Positions 1 through 11,600 of a stretch of 64,000 nt of DNA are shown here, piece by piece. The translations under genes and the position numbers were made by a program. Source of the DNA: Raillietiella orientalis (taxonomy: Eukaryota); assembly GCA_036172245.1 (NCBI GenBank), contig JAYWIR010000024.1:2728001-2792000 (forward strand). The letters are read 5' to 3'. The notes beneath the pieces were generated by a model. It was not told the DNA's origin, made no database searches, and saw nothing but the letters and a program-made list of their open reading frames with translations. Position 1 is the stretch's first letter; each line of letters starts with the position of its first letter.

Positions 1-3000
1 TCGTAAACGGGTCGCAATGGGCACCCCGGTGTAGTTCCTGAAACAAAGAAGCAAGAGTGGTGTTGGCATGCAAGAAAAGTTGAAGGCAAAGACTTTTATG
101 GCTCACAGCTGAGGAAATTATTCAGGAAGGCTACTCATGCTGAACTACAAAGCATTCTGGAAAGATTCTGGAAAGAAAACCACGTTGCAAGTGGAACCGG
201 CTTCAGTTCAAGAACAGTGCAAGAAACTTTTCAGCCTCCTTATTCATCTTCTTAGTGCCCTTTACGAACGTTTCGGAAACAGTTTCTGGGCCGGAATTTC
301 TGGGTTTTCTGGGCAAAGCAAAAGACATCACGAGACCAGGAAACCCATTTCTTCGCCTCTGACAGTTTCTGTTGGTCATTCCGTACGGTCGCATTTCCTG
401 TTCCCATGATTCTTTCTGCGTCCTTCACGTCTTCCTCTTCAAAAAGACCAAATCTCTTTTTCCTTGCTAGGGCTTTGTTCCTCTGCCTCGTGTTTCGATT
501 TCAATAGAAACCATGAGAATAGTGGGGAGCATGAAATTGTGGCATTCCGGAAGCAATAAGGAAGGGCGGTTTCGGGTCATTGAGCAAGCTGCCCCAAAGT
601 GTCCAGCATCCAGAGGAAATCCATTGGAAAAAAAGAAATCATAAAAGCACTGCTCGACTTTCCGACTCTGAACAGGGTCCAGTCACCCTCTACAATTATT
701 TTCATCTACGTAGATGATGTCAGGGAACAAAAGGAAATGTGAAGATTCTTGCTACAGGAACGCCGATTCGTGATCCATTCGCAGTAGATCCCAAAGGATT
801 CTAAAGAGTTCTCAAGCATTCCCTGGTTTTCGCTTCCGGACTCTGAAGAAATGCATCTGAAGAGGAAAAACTCTCCGGTTAAACAGATAGACAAATTGGC
901 TTTCGAGCAAGGGTATCCGGGAAGGAAGCTTGTTGATTAATTGATGCAGTTTCCATTTGTCCCAACACCAGTCCTCAGGAAGACAACAGCTGTAAATGAG
1001 TCCATGCAGTCCAAAACAAAAAAATCTATTTTCTCCTAGCTGACTTTCTTTAATCAACATCCATGGAGCGAAATTTCAAGGCGGCCTTCAGTCAGTTTTT
1101 GTTCATCTTCCAATTTTTTTTTTTTTTTTTTTCTCCTCGGTTGGCAAAGAAGAGACTTTGGATGTGTCTGAGAATGGATGGTGAGGGTCCACCCTCACCA
1201 TCCATTCTGTGAGGGTTTCTGCCGACGAAAACGAGATCAACTCTTCGGTCAGAGCTGAACCGCGAAATGGAAAAGAATAGCGGGTTTCCATTCGGGTCCT
1301 TGTGTTCATTCGTCATTGCCCAGGACACTCAGCATCACTCATAACGAGTGCCTCCTTCTTCTTGGTTGAAGGAATGGGGGAGAACAACAACAACAACAAC
1401 AACAAAAAACGCACAGATGAGTTTCGTTTTCACTCAAACATTCACCCGCACAGGGAAAATTTAAATGGCGACCGACCCTACCTCCGCAGTCCATGGCACC
1501 CGGGGTGGTTGCCGAAGATTGTTCTGAAGCACTGGGAAAACAGCATCTTCGGATTTGTGAACCCCTCAGCAGCGTTTTCCACGAGTTGCGAAGCTGCTTC
1601 GTACAACCACAAGCTGCACTCCACTTCTGGTCTCGGAACACCGGAAGCATTAGTCAGATGTCCTGTTGTCCTCCAACTAATCACTCTGGTAACTCTTCAC
1701 GAATAGATCTGATGCATATTTAATGGCACTTCCTGGAGACGTTCCCAGCGATGCCCACGTATGGGGGTTTCTCTGCCAAGATTTATGCTTTAAGGATAAA
1801 AAGTGAGGAGTTGCTGTTCATTGCTGACAGGGCACAACGGGGGCTGGCCGAACCACCTCGAATGAACTCGGCTCGAAGTGGATTCCTTGGTGGCACCGGT
1901 GTTTTACTTTGAAAGGCAAGTAGCGACCCCACGGGGGGATGGTCACTGTTGGCCTGGGATGGTTGAAATCCTTTCGGGTTCTTTTTCTGTCTTCGCTGTT
2001 TTCCTTTCAGCCTTCTTTTCTTTCGGGTTGTCCTTTTTTTTCTTTTGGTTCGCTGAGTGCTGAAGAACCGTCGTTTGCCTGGAGGCTCGCGAAGCTCTTT
2101 AAGCATTGCCCACGCCACCCGAGGAGGGTGCGTGTCAGCTCTTCAAGTTACGGAGACCACCCCATGAATCCAGGAAGGGCTCCGGAGGAAGGAGCCCGTT
2201 CCTCTCACGCCCGGTAGGGGAACCCCGAGGGGAACCCTCCCTCTGGTTGTCTCCGAAGGGAATCTTTTCCTTATTCTCTACGGAGGGACTCCCGGAGAGG
2301 GCCGCTCCATTGTTTCCTCCCCGAAGGGAACCCGGAAAGGATCCGCTCTTGGAATGTCTTCTCCGGAGGGCACCCGCAGAGTAATTGCTCCTTGTGTCCG
2401 CCTTTGAAGAGAACCCCCAAGGGACGCTTCCCAATTTTCTTTAAAGGGTCGCTTCCCGAAAAAAGCAGCGCACCCCTTCCCACTCTGAAAAGGTAGGTAT
2501 CAATCCACCAACTCCTTGGTACCAGATGGAGGGTCTCCCCCTGAGGGAGCAGGCGGTTCCATCTTCACACAACCGGTGAAGAACCGCGGAGAACTCCTTG
2601 ATTCCTGCAAGGAACCCCGGAGGGTCAACTTACAATCCCGGCTAGTCGACAGGGGCATCCCGGCTTCCAACAGTGCCACCAACCAGCGTCGTCCTGCGGG
2701 ACGACGCTGGTTTCTCGGCGTCGATCCTTCCTCCGGGCGGGATTCGAACTCGCGACGTTCATTGCCGCGCGCGGAGACCGCAGCCACGCAGCTGCCAACG
2801 CGGGCAGCGATGCTTTGGGAAGCGAGGGCAGCCGATTTTCTAGCAGAAATTCCCAGTTCCTCCAGGATGTGGAAACGCCGAAACCTGATACGGGGCGAAC
2901 GTCTTGCAGCATCCTCCCCGAGGGGGTTTGCCCGGAAGCAGCACGAGGGCCTTCATAAATCGCGCGAGCCACACGAGCATTAAATATTTGATCTTGCGAC

Positions 3001-3500
3001 GCTCCCGGGAACAGGGAAGCCTCTCCCCGTGTGAACTCGACGGTGATATCGCCTTGGTCCGGATTGACGGGAACACTGAAAGATTAAGGGTTTTTGCTCC
3101 CATTAAAGCGACCGGAGCCAACCTTAAATCAGCCCGTCTAATTGCGAGGAAATAATTCTTACCTGGCAACCCTGCAAGAAAAATCGAGCGCCGGCAGCTT
3201 TCGGATTTCCCGGGGAATCCTTGGAGACGAGTGACCGGTAGCTTGGCAGGCGTTTGCGGTCCCCCTCCCTTCCTCCTCCTGGCGCGGGCGACGCTCCCGC
3301 TCCGAACTCGAGTGACTCGCGGGATTCCCGGATGCATGCGGCGCAGGGGCGGGTTTCGAAGGGCTGGTCGCGACCGTGCAGCCCCCCACCCAACTCCAGT
3401 CGCTGATTGGCTTGCTGGCCGCCCATGATGGAGACGAAGCTTCCCAACTCATCGCGGTGTTCGTCTGGACCTCGGGAAGCGCATCCCGACGCTTCCCGAA
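1..3500 (-). mobile_element. Decayed L1/Tx1-like non-LTR retrotransposon, 5' part (ORF1 remnant, probably followed by ORF2 endonuclease remnant running off the window start)
   Basis: Minus ORF 2840-3337 contains ALVLLPGKPPRGGCCKTF, resembling the LVxxPGRPPxCxxC zinc-knuckle lead-in of arthropod L1/Tx1 ORF1. 2050-2677 is clearly homologous at the DNA level to 34256-34800 (opposite strand), and its first ~210 bp to 62260-62500 (same strand). Boundaries approximate. Confidence 0.55.
1383..1403. repeat. (AAC)n microsatellite
   Basis: Direct reading: about 7 tandem AAC units. Confidence 0.9.
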
Positions 3501-4669
3501 TCGCGTCAGGACGCTCGAGCCTTGCGAAGCCGCTGGATGATCTTGGCTGAAGGAATCTGCTCTTGAGCGTGGATGGCAAGCTGCTCTCAAGACTGTGGAA
3601 TTTCATTTGGAGGGGGGGGGGGGGGATTGGATTCGGCGAGTGGCAGCATCCGGCCACCTCCTCCTCCTCCTCCGTTGGGCGGAATCCCCCCCCCTCCCAT
3701 CCCTCCTCCATCAGACGCACCTGGCACTCGGGGAGCGGTCCTCCGCAGCAGCAGTCCCGCTCGTCGCTGCGGCCTGCGCTGAAGCTTTCGGCTCTTCTTT
3801 TTTTTTTTTAATACGCAAGGGAGACTCCTTCTCTATTCTCCCATGCTTTCTTGATTGTGGAAATCCATTCGAAAAGTTCATCCCGCTGCTCCCACTTCGG
3901 AAAGAGCCGACCCACGTGTTTCCGTGTTTTCGTGGCGATGATTTGGGGAGGGGAGGGGGAGGGGACCCGAAATCCCGCGCTGCAAACGAAATTCCTCGCA
4001 GTTCTCTGGCGCCACGGCGCCACGCCGTTCCCCAATCACCACCCACCACCACCGCATGTGGAAGGACCACGCTTGATCGACTCCCCCCCTTTTGAGAGGG
4101 ATGAACCCGAATTTTTTTCTACCTTGGCGCAAGAGGAACGCCGCACCGGCCAGCGCTCGCCTGGCGCCGAGGCATCGCTTCCCGGAAGGAGGGGGAGGAC
4201 GGCGGTTCGGGAAGCTGCGCGGGTTCTTTGAACCTCCTCCTCCGCTCGAGGGACACGCGGAAAGTAAAAGCGGAGCAATCCTTGCTGCTCCGAGAGGAAC
4301 GCGCCCCGACCAACTGCTCTTGCCAACGGTGGGTCCAAGCAACGGGATCTGACCTCCTCCGCTGCAAAGCAAATAGATCTCGAGATTCGTTGGGTGGAAT
4401 AAATGCTCCCTCGCCGGCCATCAAGGAACGCAGACGTTGCTCACCTGAGATTGTCCTTTTGCAGCCTCCCTCTTTCGCGAAACGGGGGCGGACCGAAAGA
4501 AGGATCCAACAGAACCCGCCTGCTGTATTCTCTTGCATTCCAGAAGTTTCCGCGATATTTCCAAGTCGCCTCTTTACGAGCCGAGCGTTTCTCGAAGGGC
4601 CCATCTCCGTTCCTCCGCGGAGGTTTTTTGAAATGTGAGAGAGAGACTCTTTCGTGAGGGACCTCGATA

Positions 4670-5243
4670 CAAGAAGATGCACAAAACTTTCCTGTTGCTG
4701 ACAGATTTGCAACACGTTTCGTACTGGTACGCCATCCCCCACGTTTTGGAATGAAACTGCAATCCGTTTTTCCGTATACAGTGGTACCTCGGTACTCGAC
4801 GGTATCGGAACCCGTCGAACCCGGTACTCGTTGCATTTTGACGAGGAAAAAAAAAAAAAAATGCTTCGACACTCGGCGCATGCTCGGAACTCGACATCTC
4901 TCACTCTTGATGAAACGGGCAAACGCTTTCGTCTCACGGTGGCTCAAGAACGGTGCCGAACACTTCCATAGAGTGCCTCCCAAAGTGTTCCTTTTTGTGT
5001 GCATTTCAGGTGTTTATCGCTGGTTGAGAATGATACCGCGAAGCCTAGAAAGGAACCCGCTCGGTACTCGTCGGTTTCGGTACTCGTCACGAGTTCCAAA
5101 GCGACTTGCCGACGAGTACCGAGATACCACTGTATACATGAAAAAGTGATCGCAGTTTCAGTACAAAACACGGGGGATGGAGCAGACAGTATGAAACGTG
5201 TTGCGAATCTGTCAAGAACAGAAAAGTTGTGTACGTCTTCTTG
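4670..5243. repeat. Imperfect ~110 bp inverted-repeat arms (foldback) flanking the MITE
   Basis: 4670-4778 (caagaagatgcacaaaacttt...ccgtata) aligns by eye to the reverse complement of 5133-5243 (tatacatg...gtcttcttg). Weaker symmetry extends about 30 bp further. Confidence 0.85.
4779..5132. mobile_element. Tc1/mariner-superfamily (pogo/Tigger-like) MITE, 354 bp
   Basis: TA|CAGTGGTACCTCGGTACTCG ... CGAGTACCGAGATACCACTG|TA gives 20-bp TIRs (1 mismatch) with a TA duplication. Internal CGGTACTCG repeats occur at 4822, 5062 and 5078. No transposase ORF. Confidence 0.85.
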
Positions 5244-5819
5244 AATGGAGACCGCTGGCGAAAAAGTTCCTCCTCGTGATTTTCATATATTTCGTTGAGA
5301 ATGACTCGATGGTCTGTTGCCAGTGGGGCAGCACTATCCTTAAACGCGACTGTTCGACGGGGCAGCGTGGGCAAAAAAGAGCAAAGCTTGAAAGAAAGTC
5401 GGGGGGCAGCGGCAGACTCGGCGACTCCGCACCCCTTTTAGGAAATCTCGTCAAAACACAAATCGGAACGGAACCCACTCCCGAAGGCGGGAATCGAGGT
5501 GGCGTTCCAGCCGGATCGTGTCCCGGCGGTGACGTCACGAGATTCTCTTCGCCGCCTTCGCCAGCCCTCGGGGACGGCAGCCGCACCGCAGTCACGAGGA
5601 CGCCCCTCGCCGCAGTCGCTTCCTCGCATGCGAAGGATTCCTCCGTTCCGCCGCAGCAGGCAAAATAAAATGCTTCAGGCGGGCGGGCGAAATGAATCGT
5701 GAAAATAGGTTCATCCTCCTATCCGGTTGTTTCGCCGTAATTTCGGATCGATAGGTGGAGAAGGGTCCGAAGGAAGGATCACTGAAAATGCGCCAGACTC
5801 CTTCAGCTGGAGGGGAGGG

Positions 5820-5825
5820 GTGTGT

Positions 5826-5856
<31 letters not shown>
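5820..5856. repeat. (TG)10 followed by a G run
   Basis: Direct reading. Confidence 0.9.
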
Positions 5857-6476
5857 TGGACAGGGGGCAACGCGGATAAAGAGGACAAAGCGGAGTCCAA
5901 GACGAAATGAGCAAACATGAAACGAGAAACAAACAAAATGAGGGCTGCGCTCGGTTTTAACGAGGGCCACGCTCGCGTAGACCCTCGCGGAACCCCGATG
6001 GGGGCCATGACAGCGCAGTCGGCAAGGGGACCAATAAATAATTCATCCTGGTATTTCCTCCCCCTTCCCCCCTCCTTTTTTTTTTTTTGGCCTGTGCGGT
6101 GCGACCTTCCTCGCCCCACCTTCCTCCCTTCCGCAGGCCGCACGAAGACAAATCTTCCACCCCGAAGACGCAGGCGCAGAGAGGGGAAGCGCTGGAAAAG
6201 GCAAGGAGCGGCGCGCTCGCTCTCCCACGATCAGCTTCCCCTCCCTCCCTCCCTCCCTCTCTCCCCCCTCCTCCTCGTTCCCCCTCCGCCCGGTTTTCAA
6301 GTTTATTCGCCGCTTGGCGTCCGCAGACGCAGCGAGCACGCACGCATCTCGCGGGAAGCCATCTGTCGAACTGAAACGTAAACTCTGCTCGCGGAAACGC
6401 CACGCGTGATGAAACTGCAGTCGGTCGATGTCAGCGGAGCAGTGAGCGTCCGTTCCACGCGCTGCGCGGCGTTAGC

Positions 6477-6893
6477 ATGGACAGCAACATTGTGGGTGAG
6501 TGGCTGCGTTTCATGGACCTCAGCGCGTACGCGGAGTCGTTCATCGAGAACGGCTACGACGACCTGGAGATCTGCAAGCAGGTCGGCGAGCCCGACCTGG
6601 ACGCCATCGGAGTCTTCAACCTCTCCCACCGGGAAAAGATCCTGAACGCCGTGCGTGTGCTCAGGCAGGAAGGGGGCGCGGCGGTCTACTTCACCCTCGA
6701 GAGCGCCCGCCTCCCTTACGGCCAGTTCGGCTCCCCCTACCGAGTGCCGGACGACGTGCACAAGCAGCAGGAAAAGTTCCTCCTCCCGAGGTCCGTGCCG
6801 GTGAAGATACCGAAGATTCGCCTGCGCATGCTCGTCAAGGAAAAGCTCAGCCAGGACGGTGTTCGCATAGGGTGCCCTCCGTACACGAACCTG
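6477..6893 (+). CDS. SAMD5: Coding exon 1: SAMD5-type N-terminal SAM domain of a SAMD5/SASH1 (SKIP-like) gene
   Basis: [46 protein letters not shown]...VYFTLE...PKIRLRMLVKEKLSQDGVRIGCPPY closely matches recalled SAMD5 (NIVYEWL...[29 protein letters not shown]...LYFTLE...PKLKLKIMIRDKLVRDG...PPY). Donor CTG|GTAAGT, phase 0. Confidence 0.95.
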
Positions 6894-7959
6894 GTAAGTG
6901 TACACGAATTGGCTCGTCGCTCGGTGTGGACGCGCGACGCGCATGGGCGGTCTCGCGACGCGGACGTGTGCGCGCGCGCGCGCGCGTGGAAAATCGGGAA
7001 GCGTTCCCTAGGAGCGAGGTGTTCCCGCGTGTTATTTCGGCCATCCCTGAGCCGTGCTCGCGGTGCGCGCAACTTCCTGTCGCAACGGAACGGCTTCCGT
7101 CGCAAACAGGCTGCTGCTGCGGCGGTCTCGCACGCAGCATCTCTCTCTCGCCCAGCCTTTCGCATCCCGTGGACGTGGGTTCGTCCGGACGCGTGGATTC
7201 CCCTCATCCCCCTTCCGAGCCTTCGAGGATGCGTTCTCTCCTCGGGGATGCTCCTCAAGCGAATGGGGGGGTACGGCTGGGTTACTGCGCCTGACTCGGC
7301 TCGGAGCCACCTCGCGCGGGCCAGCGTTGCTAGGAAGGACGCCATCCGGACGTGCTGCTGCCGCGGAGCGCCGTATATCGGCGTTACCTGTGTGCTCCAC
7401 GCGATCTTTTTCCCTCTCCTTGGCCCTCTGATTGGCAGCTAAATAGCTGTTGACTGTTTCCTCCCACCTCCCATTTGGTTTCCCGACCTTACCGCATTTG
7501 TCTTCCAGATGTATCTCTGTTTCCGGCGGAATTTGCACAAACCCTAGAGGTCATCCGAACGCGCGCGCAAAGCCCGGCCGGGGGTTCGTCTCCTCCGTTC
7601 GCCTCACCATCTCGCGGAATGGAGCGCGGGTGGTGGCACGAGGAGTCCGTAAAGCGTGTGGTGGGAATAGGTCTAGGGGGAGTTGGGCATTCGAACGCTC
7701 CCTGGTGGAAAGGTCCTCTTTATTTGCAAAGGACCTTCCTGTGCTGACCCAATCTTTTCCGGCCTTTTTTTTTTCTTCCTCCCCCCTGCCCCCTCCGCCT
7801 GAAAAGCAGAAGAAAAGGAAACCGGATTTTCCACGTGCGGCGAGCGGCTCCAGAAGATCAGATTCTGTTTTCTCATCCCCGGGTGCTTCTTCGCGCGTGG
7901 GGAAGAAATTTTTTTTCCCTTAGCCACGGATCCACAGGGGCTCCCGTGAATATGACATT

Positions 7960-8600
7960 TGCAAACAATGGGGCGGGAAACTGACCCCTTTCACCCGGCT
8001 TCCCAGAAATCCAACTTGAAATCATCGATCCCAAAAAGGAAAAAAAGAGGGTGGTGGTGGGGGGGACGGGAATGCAGGTGGACGAGAGGAGTCGCTTGCG
8101 TTCGCTCAGACCCTGGCACGCCTCTGTCGAGTGGCGCGCGGTGAAGAACGCGCTGGCTGTGGTCACTCTGATCGCGACACCCCCCTGGCTCTCCCGACTG
8201 CACTCGCATCTGCTGGACGCGGCGGAAGTTCGCAATCTGTGTCGCATCCCATCTTAAGCAGCGGACCCAGCTCTGCGCCCAGCACCGCGGAGTCTTCTCG
8301 CCGCTTCCCTCGTTTGCACGCCGCAGGGTTTCTCTCTTTCTTGTACCACGAAACTTTGGTGGCAAAGCGTGTGCGGGGCGCCAGGCCTTGCCGGGGTCCC
8401 GTGGAAGAGTCCCATCATCATTCCGGGAGTTCTTCCCTTCTTGCTGCGGCTTCCGATGCGCCGGGATGTACGAAGCCGCAGACGCGAGCGGCGAGGGACT
8501 TGAGGACGCACTCGCGGAGTGTGCGACTTTTGGGCCCATTCCGAGCCTCCTCGTTGCCAATCCCCCCGCAAAGCTCTTCGAGGCTCCGCAGCCACCAACT
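7960..8600 (-). mobile_element. Old L1/Tx1-like 3' remnant
   Basis: Minus translation ESQGGVAIRVTTASAFF weakly parallels ATGGSSDRDATVYAARF of the 57.3-58.2 kb copy, followed by a pyrimidine-rich tract on the minus strand. Confidence 0.3.
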
Positions 8601-11600
8601 TGCTACAAATCTGTTGCTATTTGCAGATTATCTCTACTTTTAGCGCATTTATAAATCAAGTTTACCGTTTTTCTCGTTCTTTCTAATGAGCCGGTTGTTG
8701 TTGATGGTTCGATTATGGCCCGGTCTGCATCCTTCCCGGTGCACCGTGTGTGTGGCTGCGTGTATCCCGTGCATTTCGACGTTCCCGGGGAGCCTTGAGA
8801 TCGTTTTCGCCTCCTTGTGATGCAGATTGATTAAAATCGTAAATCAAAGGTGGAGGAACACGCCGTGCATCTGTTTCGCGCTAAATTTGCAAACATGAAG
8901 CGCGTCGTTAATGTTAATTAATTAAAGCTGCAGACGAGGAAGTCGCGAGCGTCACGTGGGTTGCGTTCAACAGCTTGGTGTTTTTTTCGCGAAAGGGGTG
9001 GATGGGTGGGGGAGAAAGTGGTCTCCGGGCGGCTGTCCACTCGTGCCTTTTCGGGAGGGTGGCGTGCCTCCCTCTGAAAAAAAAAAAAAAAAAAAAAAAT
9101 TCTCTTTCCTTTCCCTCCTCCCGGGCGAGAATGGATCCCGTCCGTTTCGTCGGAAGCCCTTTTCCTCCCCCCTCCTCCCCACCACGACATTTCCAGGCAC
9201 CTGGTCACCTTGAAAGCTCCTCCCGTCTCCGGCCAGCCAGCCGTGCCGTGCCACCCGATCGTGTGCGGCATCCGCAGTCCGGAATCCAGTGCTAAAAGCG
9301 TTTAATTGAATAGCGGGTGCAGAGTTTGGCAGGAGTTCAAGGTCATAATCCTCCGTGTCATGTTTGCCTTCTTTGATAGTGTTTGTCTTTCCGTTCCACT
9401 GAGCGCACATCAGCTGATGGCTTCTCTGCGAGCTCCATCTTTTCTCGCGGACCCGTCGTAAATCTTGAAAACATTCCCGCGTTCCCTCTGGGCACACATG
9501 CGTACGCAGAGGGAACGCGGGAGGTACACTTTCCCGATGGGCAAGTACGAAGCGCCGTTCGTTTCGGCAGCTCGGTCTTCCAGATGACCCACCTGCTTTT
9601 TGCACGCGACCACAGAGCCGGAACAATCGCACTGAAGCGTCACTTCAAAGATGTGCACCCTGCAGGAAGACTCCTTCTGGGATGAACCTTCACGCCAGAA
9701 GGACTGCTGACTCGAGTGCGTCCGGGAGCGGAACGAAGGTCTCTGAAGCGGGAAATTCCGAGCGGACCACCACCCCTTCTCGCGTCTCTTCGCCTTTTTT
9801 GCCTTCGCTCCTTTCATGTGTCCAGGGAGGTCGGCGGCGACGCAGAACGGATCTTCCGCTCCTCGTCTTTTTCTAAGACAGACGTGGGCTCCTTGGCAGC
9901 GATGGCGCGTTTCCGAAGGCAAGGTCGTCGGTTTCCTGGATTCCGGAGACGTTTTTTGTCTTGCGCGCTGTTGCCTCTTTTCCCTGCCACGGGACCTCAG
10001 CTACTTTGGCGCACGAGGCGTCAATCTAGAATTCATGGCTTCCTCTCCAGCATCCGTACCGCCTCTCTCATTTCCCGAGATACTGATCCCCAGTGCACAC
10101 GCAGGGTGCGTCCGGCGAAGCTACCCTTCCTCCATGTTGGCTCTTTCGCCCCACTCTGATCAAGGACTGACCGTTCGGCCCTGCCTCAGGTCGTCTGGGC
10201 ATCCCGATTTATTACGTATCGTTTTTTCTTTTTTTCGTCTCTTTCTTCTTCCCTGCTTTTTTCGTTTCCCTCGCGAGGTACTCCCTCCGGCAGTAGGAGT
10301 ACCTGTGCCCGAGAACTTTCCCTCGGCTCCCGGGAGAGCTGGCGTCGCGGTGCCTCGGCCTGCGTCCTCCCCTGCACTGCCTCACGGCGGTGGTTCTTCT
10401 CCGAACCCCTTTTCCTTCCTTGCACTCTTCCCGACACTTCGCGGCCGACGAGCATGGGTTCCGGGAGTTGCAGTGGCGATGGTGTGGCTACCGCGGGCTT
10501 TCCCCAGGCGTCCTCACAACCAGGCAAGCGGATGTCACAGACACCGGAGTTTCCTGATCGTCTCTTCCTGCCTTTCTTCCCCCCCCCCCCCCACTCCTAC
10601 CGGTTCTTTCTCCCGTCCGTGGGCGATGTCGAGTTCCGCTTCCCGCTTGCCCCATTCGCGAGGGAGGGACCCATCGCCGCTGCCAGAAGCTCCCTCCGTG
10701 TTTTCCTGCCCATCGTGCTCTCTCTGAGGAGAAGCAGAGGCTCCCTCGAAGGCGTCCTTTTCTTCTCCCTTCCCCGAAGGAACAGCCGACACCCAGGCGG
10801 CGCAGAGTCGGGGAATCGCCCTTCGCCTCCTCTGGCGATTCCCGGGCGCCCTCTGAGGAACGCGCGCATCTCGCTGCAAGGCCGCTCCGAAGGGTGCCGC
10901 CGATCATTCTTCGGGCTAATTTGAAGGAAGGGTGGGGGACGTCGCTTCCTACCGTCGCGACCCCTGCAGCGTGTTGAGTCCTGTTCCGTCGCCACGTCGC
11001 CCGCCGGAGCCCCTGCGCCGCCGCTGGGGGACAGCCGTCCCCTCCCGAGTGCGCGCCAGGACGCGGCGACGTCTGCCGCGCTGCCTTCTCGCCCTGCTTC
11101 CGCCGGCCGCTGGTCCGAGCGCCCGATCCCTTCGCACCACCTGCAAAAGGGCCGCTTCCCTCGACTCGGGTAAGCGCGCCGTGACCTCCCGGAAAGAGAG
11201 GTCGCCCTCCGGTCTCTGCGGCGCGCGTGCCTCCTCCCGGAGCACTGCCGGCCGCGACCGTGCATCGACCTTGCCGCGCGGCGGCAGTCGTGGGAGATCC
11301 TCGCCATGGCGAGGCTGCGGTTTCGGCGAAGGGGAAGGGATGGGAGTGCGGGTAGGGTTGCCGTGCGTCGTGCTTTCCGCCTCGCCTCGCTTTTTGCACA
11401 CGGCGCGTCGGTCGGCTGCCGACGGTTCTTCTCACGTGACGAGGAGTCGAACGCCCGGGAGAAGGGGGGCGGAGAGAGGGAGGGGGACGTGAAGGAGGAG
11501 TTCCCGTAGCCAGAGCGTAGGAAGCGAAAGCGTCGGGAGGGTGTCCCCGCCGACGGGAGGATCGCTTTCGGGGATGACGAGGCGAGAGCGAACGATTTCC

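Noticed and set aside
6894..7442. Extension of the SAM ORF to 321 aa
   Set aside because: Homology stops at a consensus GTAAGT donor (6894). The rest is intron read-through.
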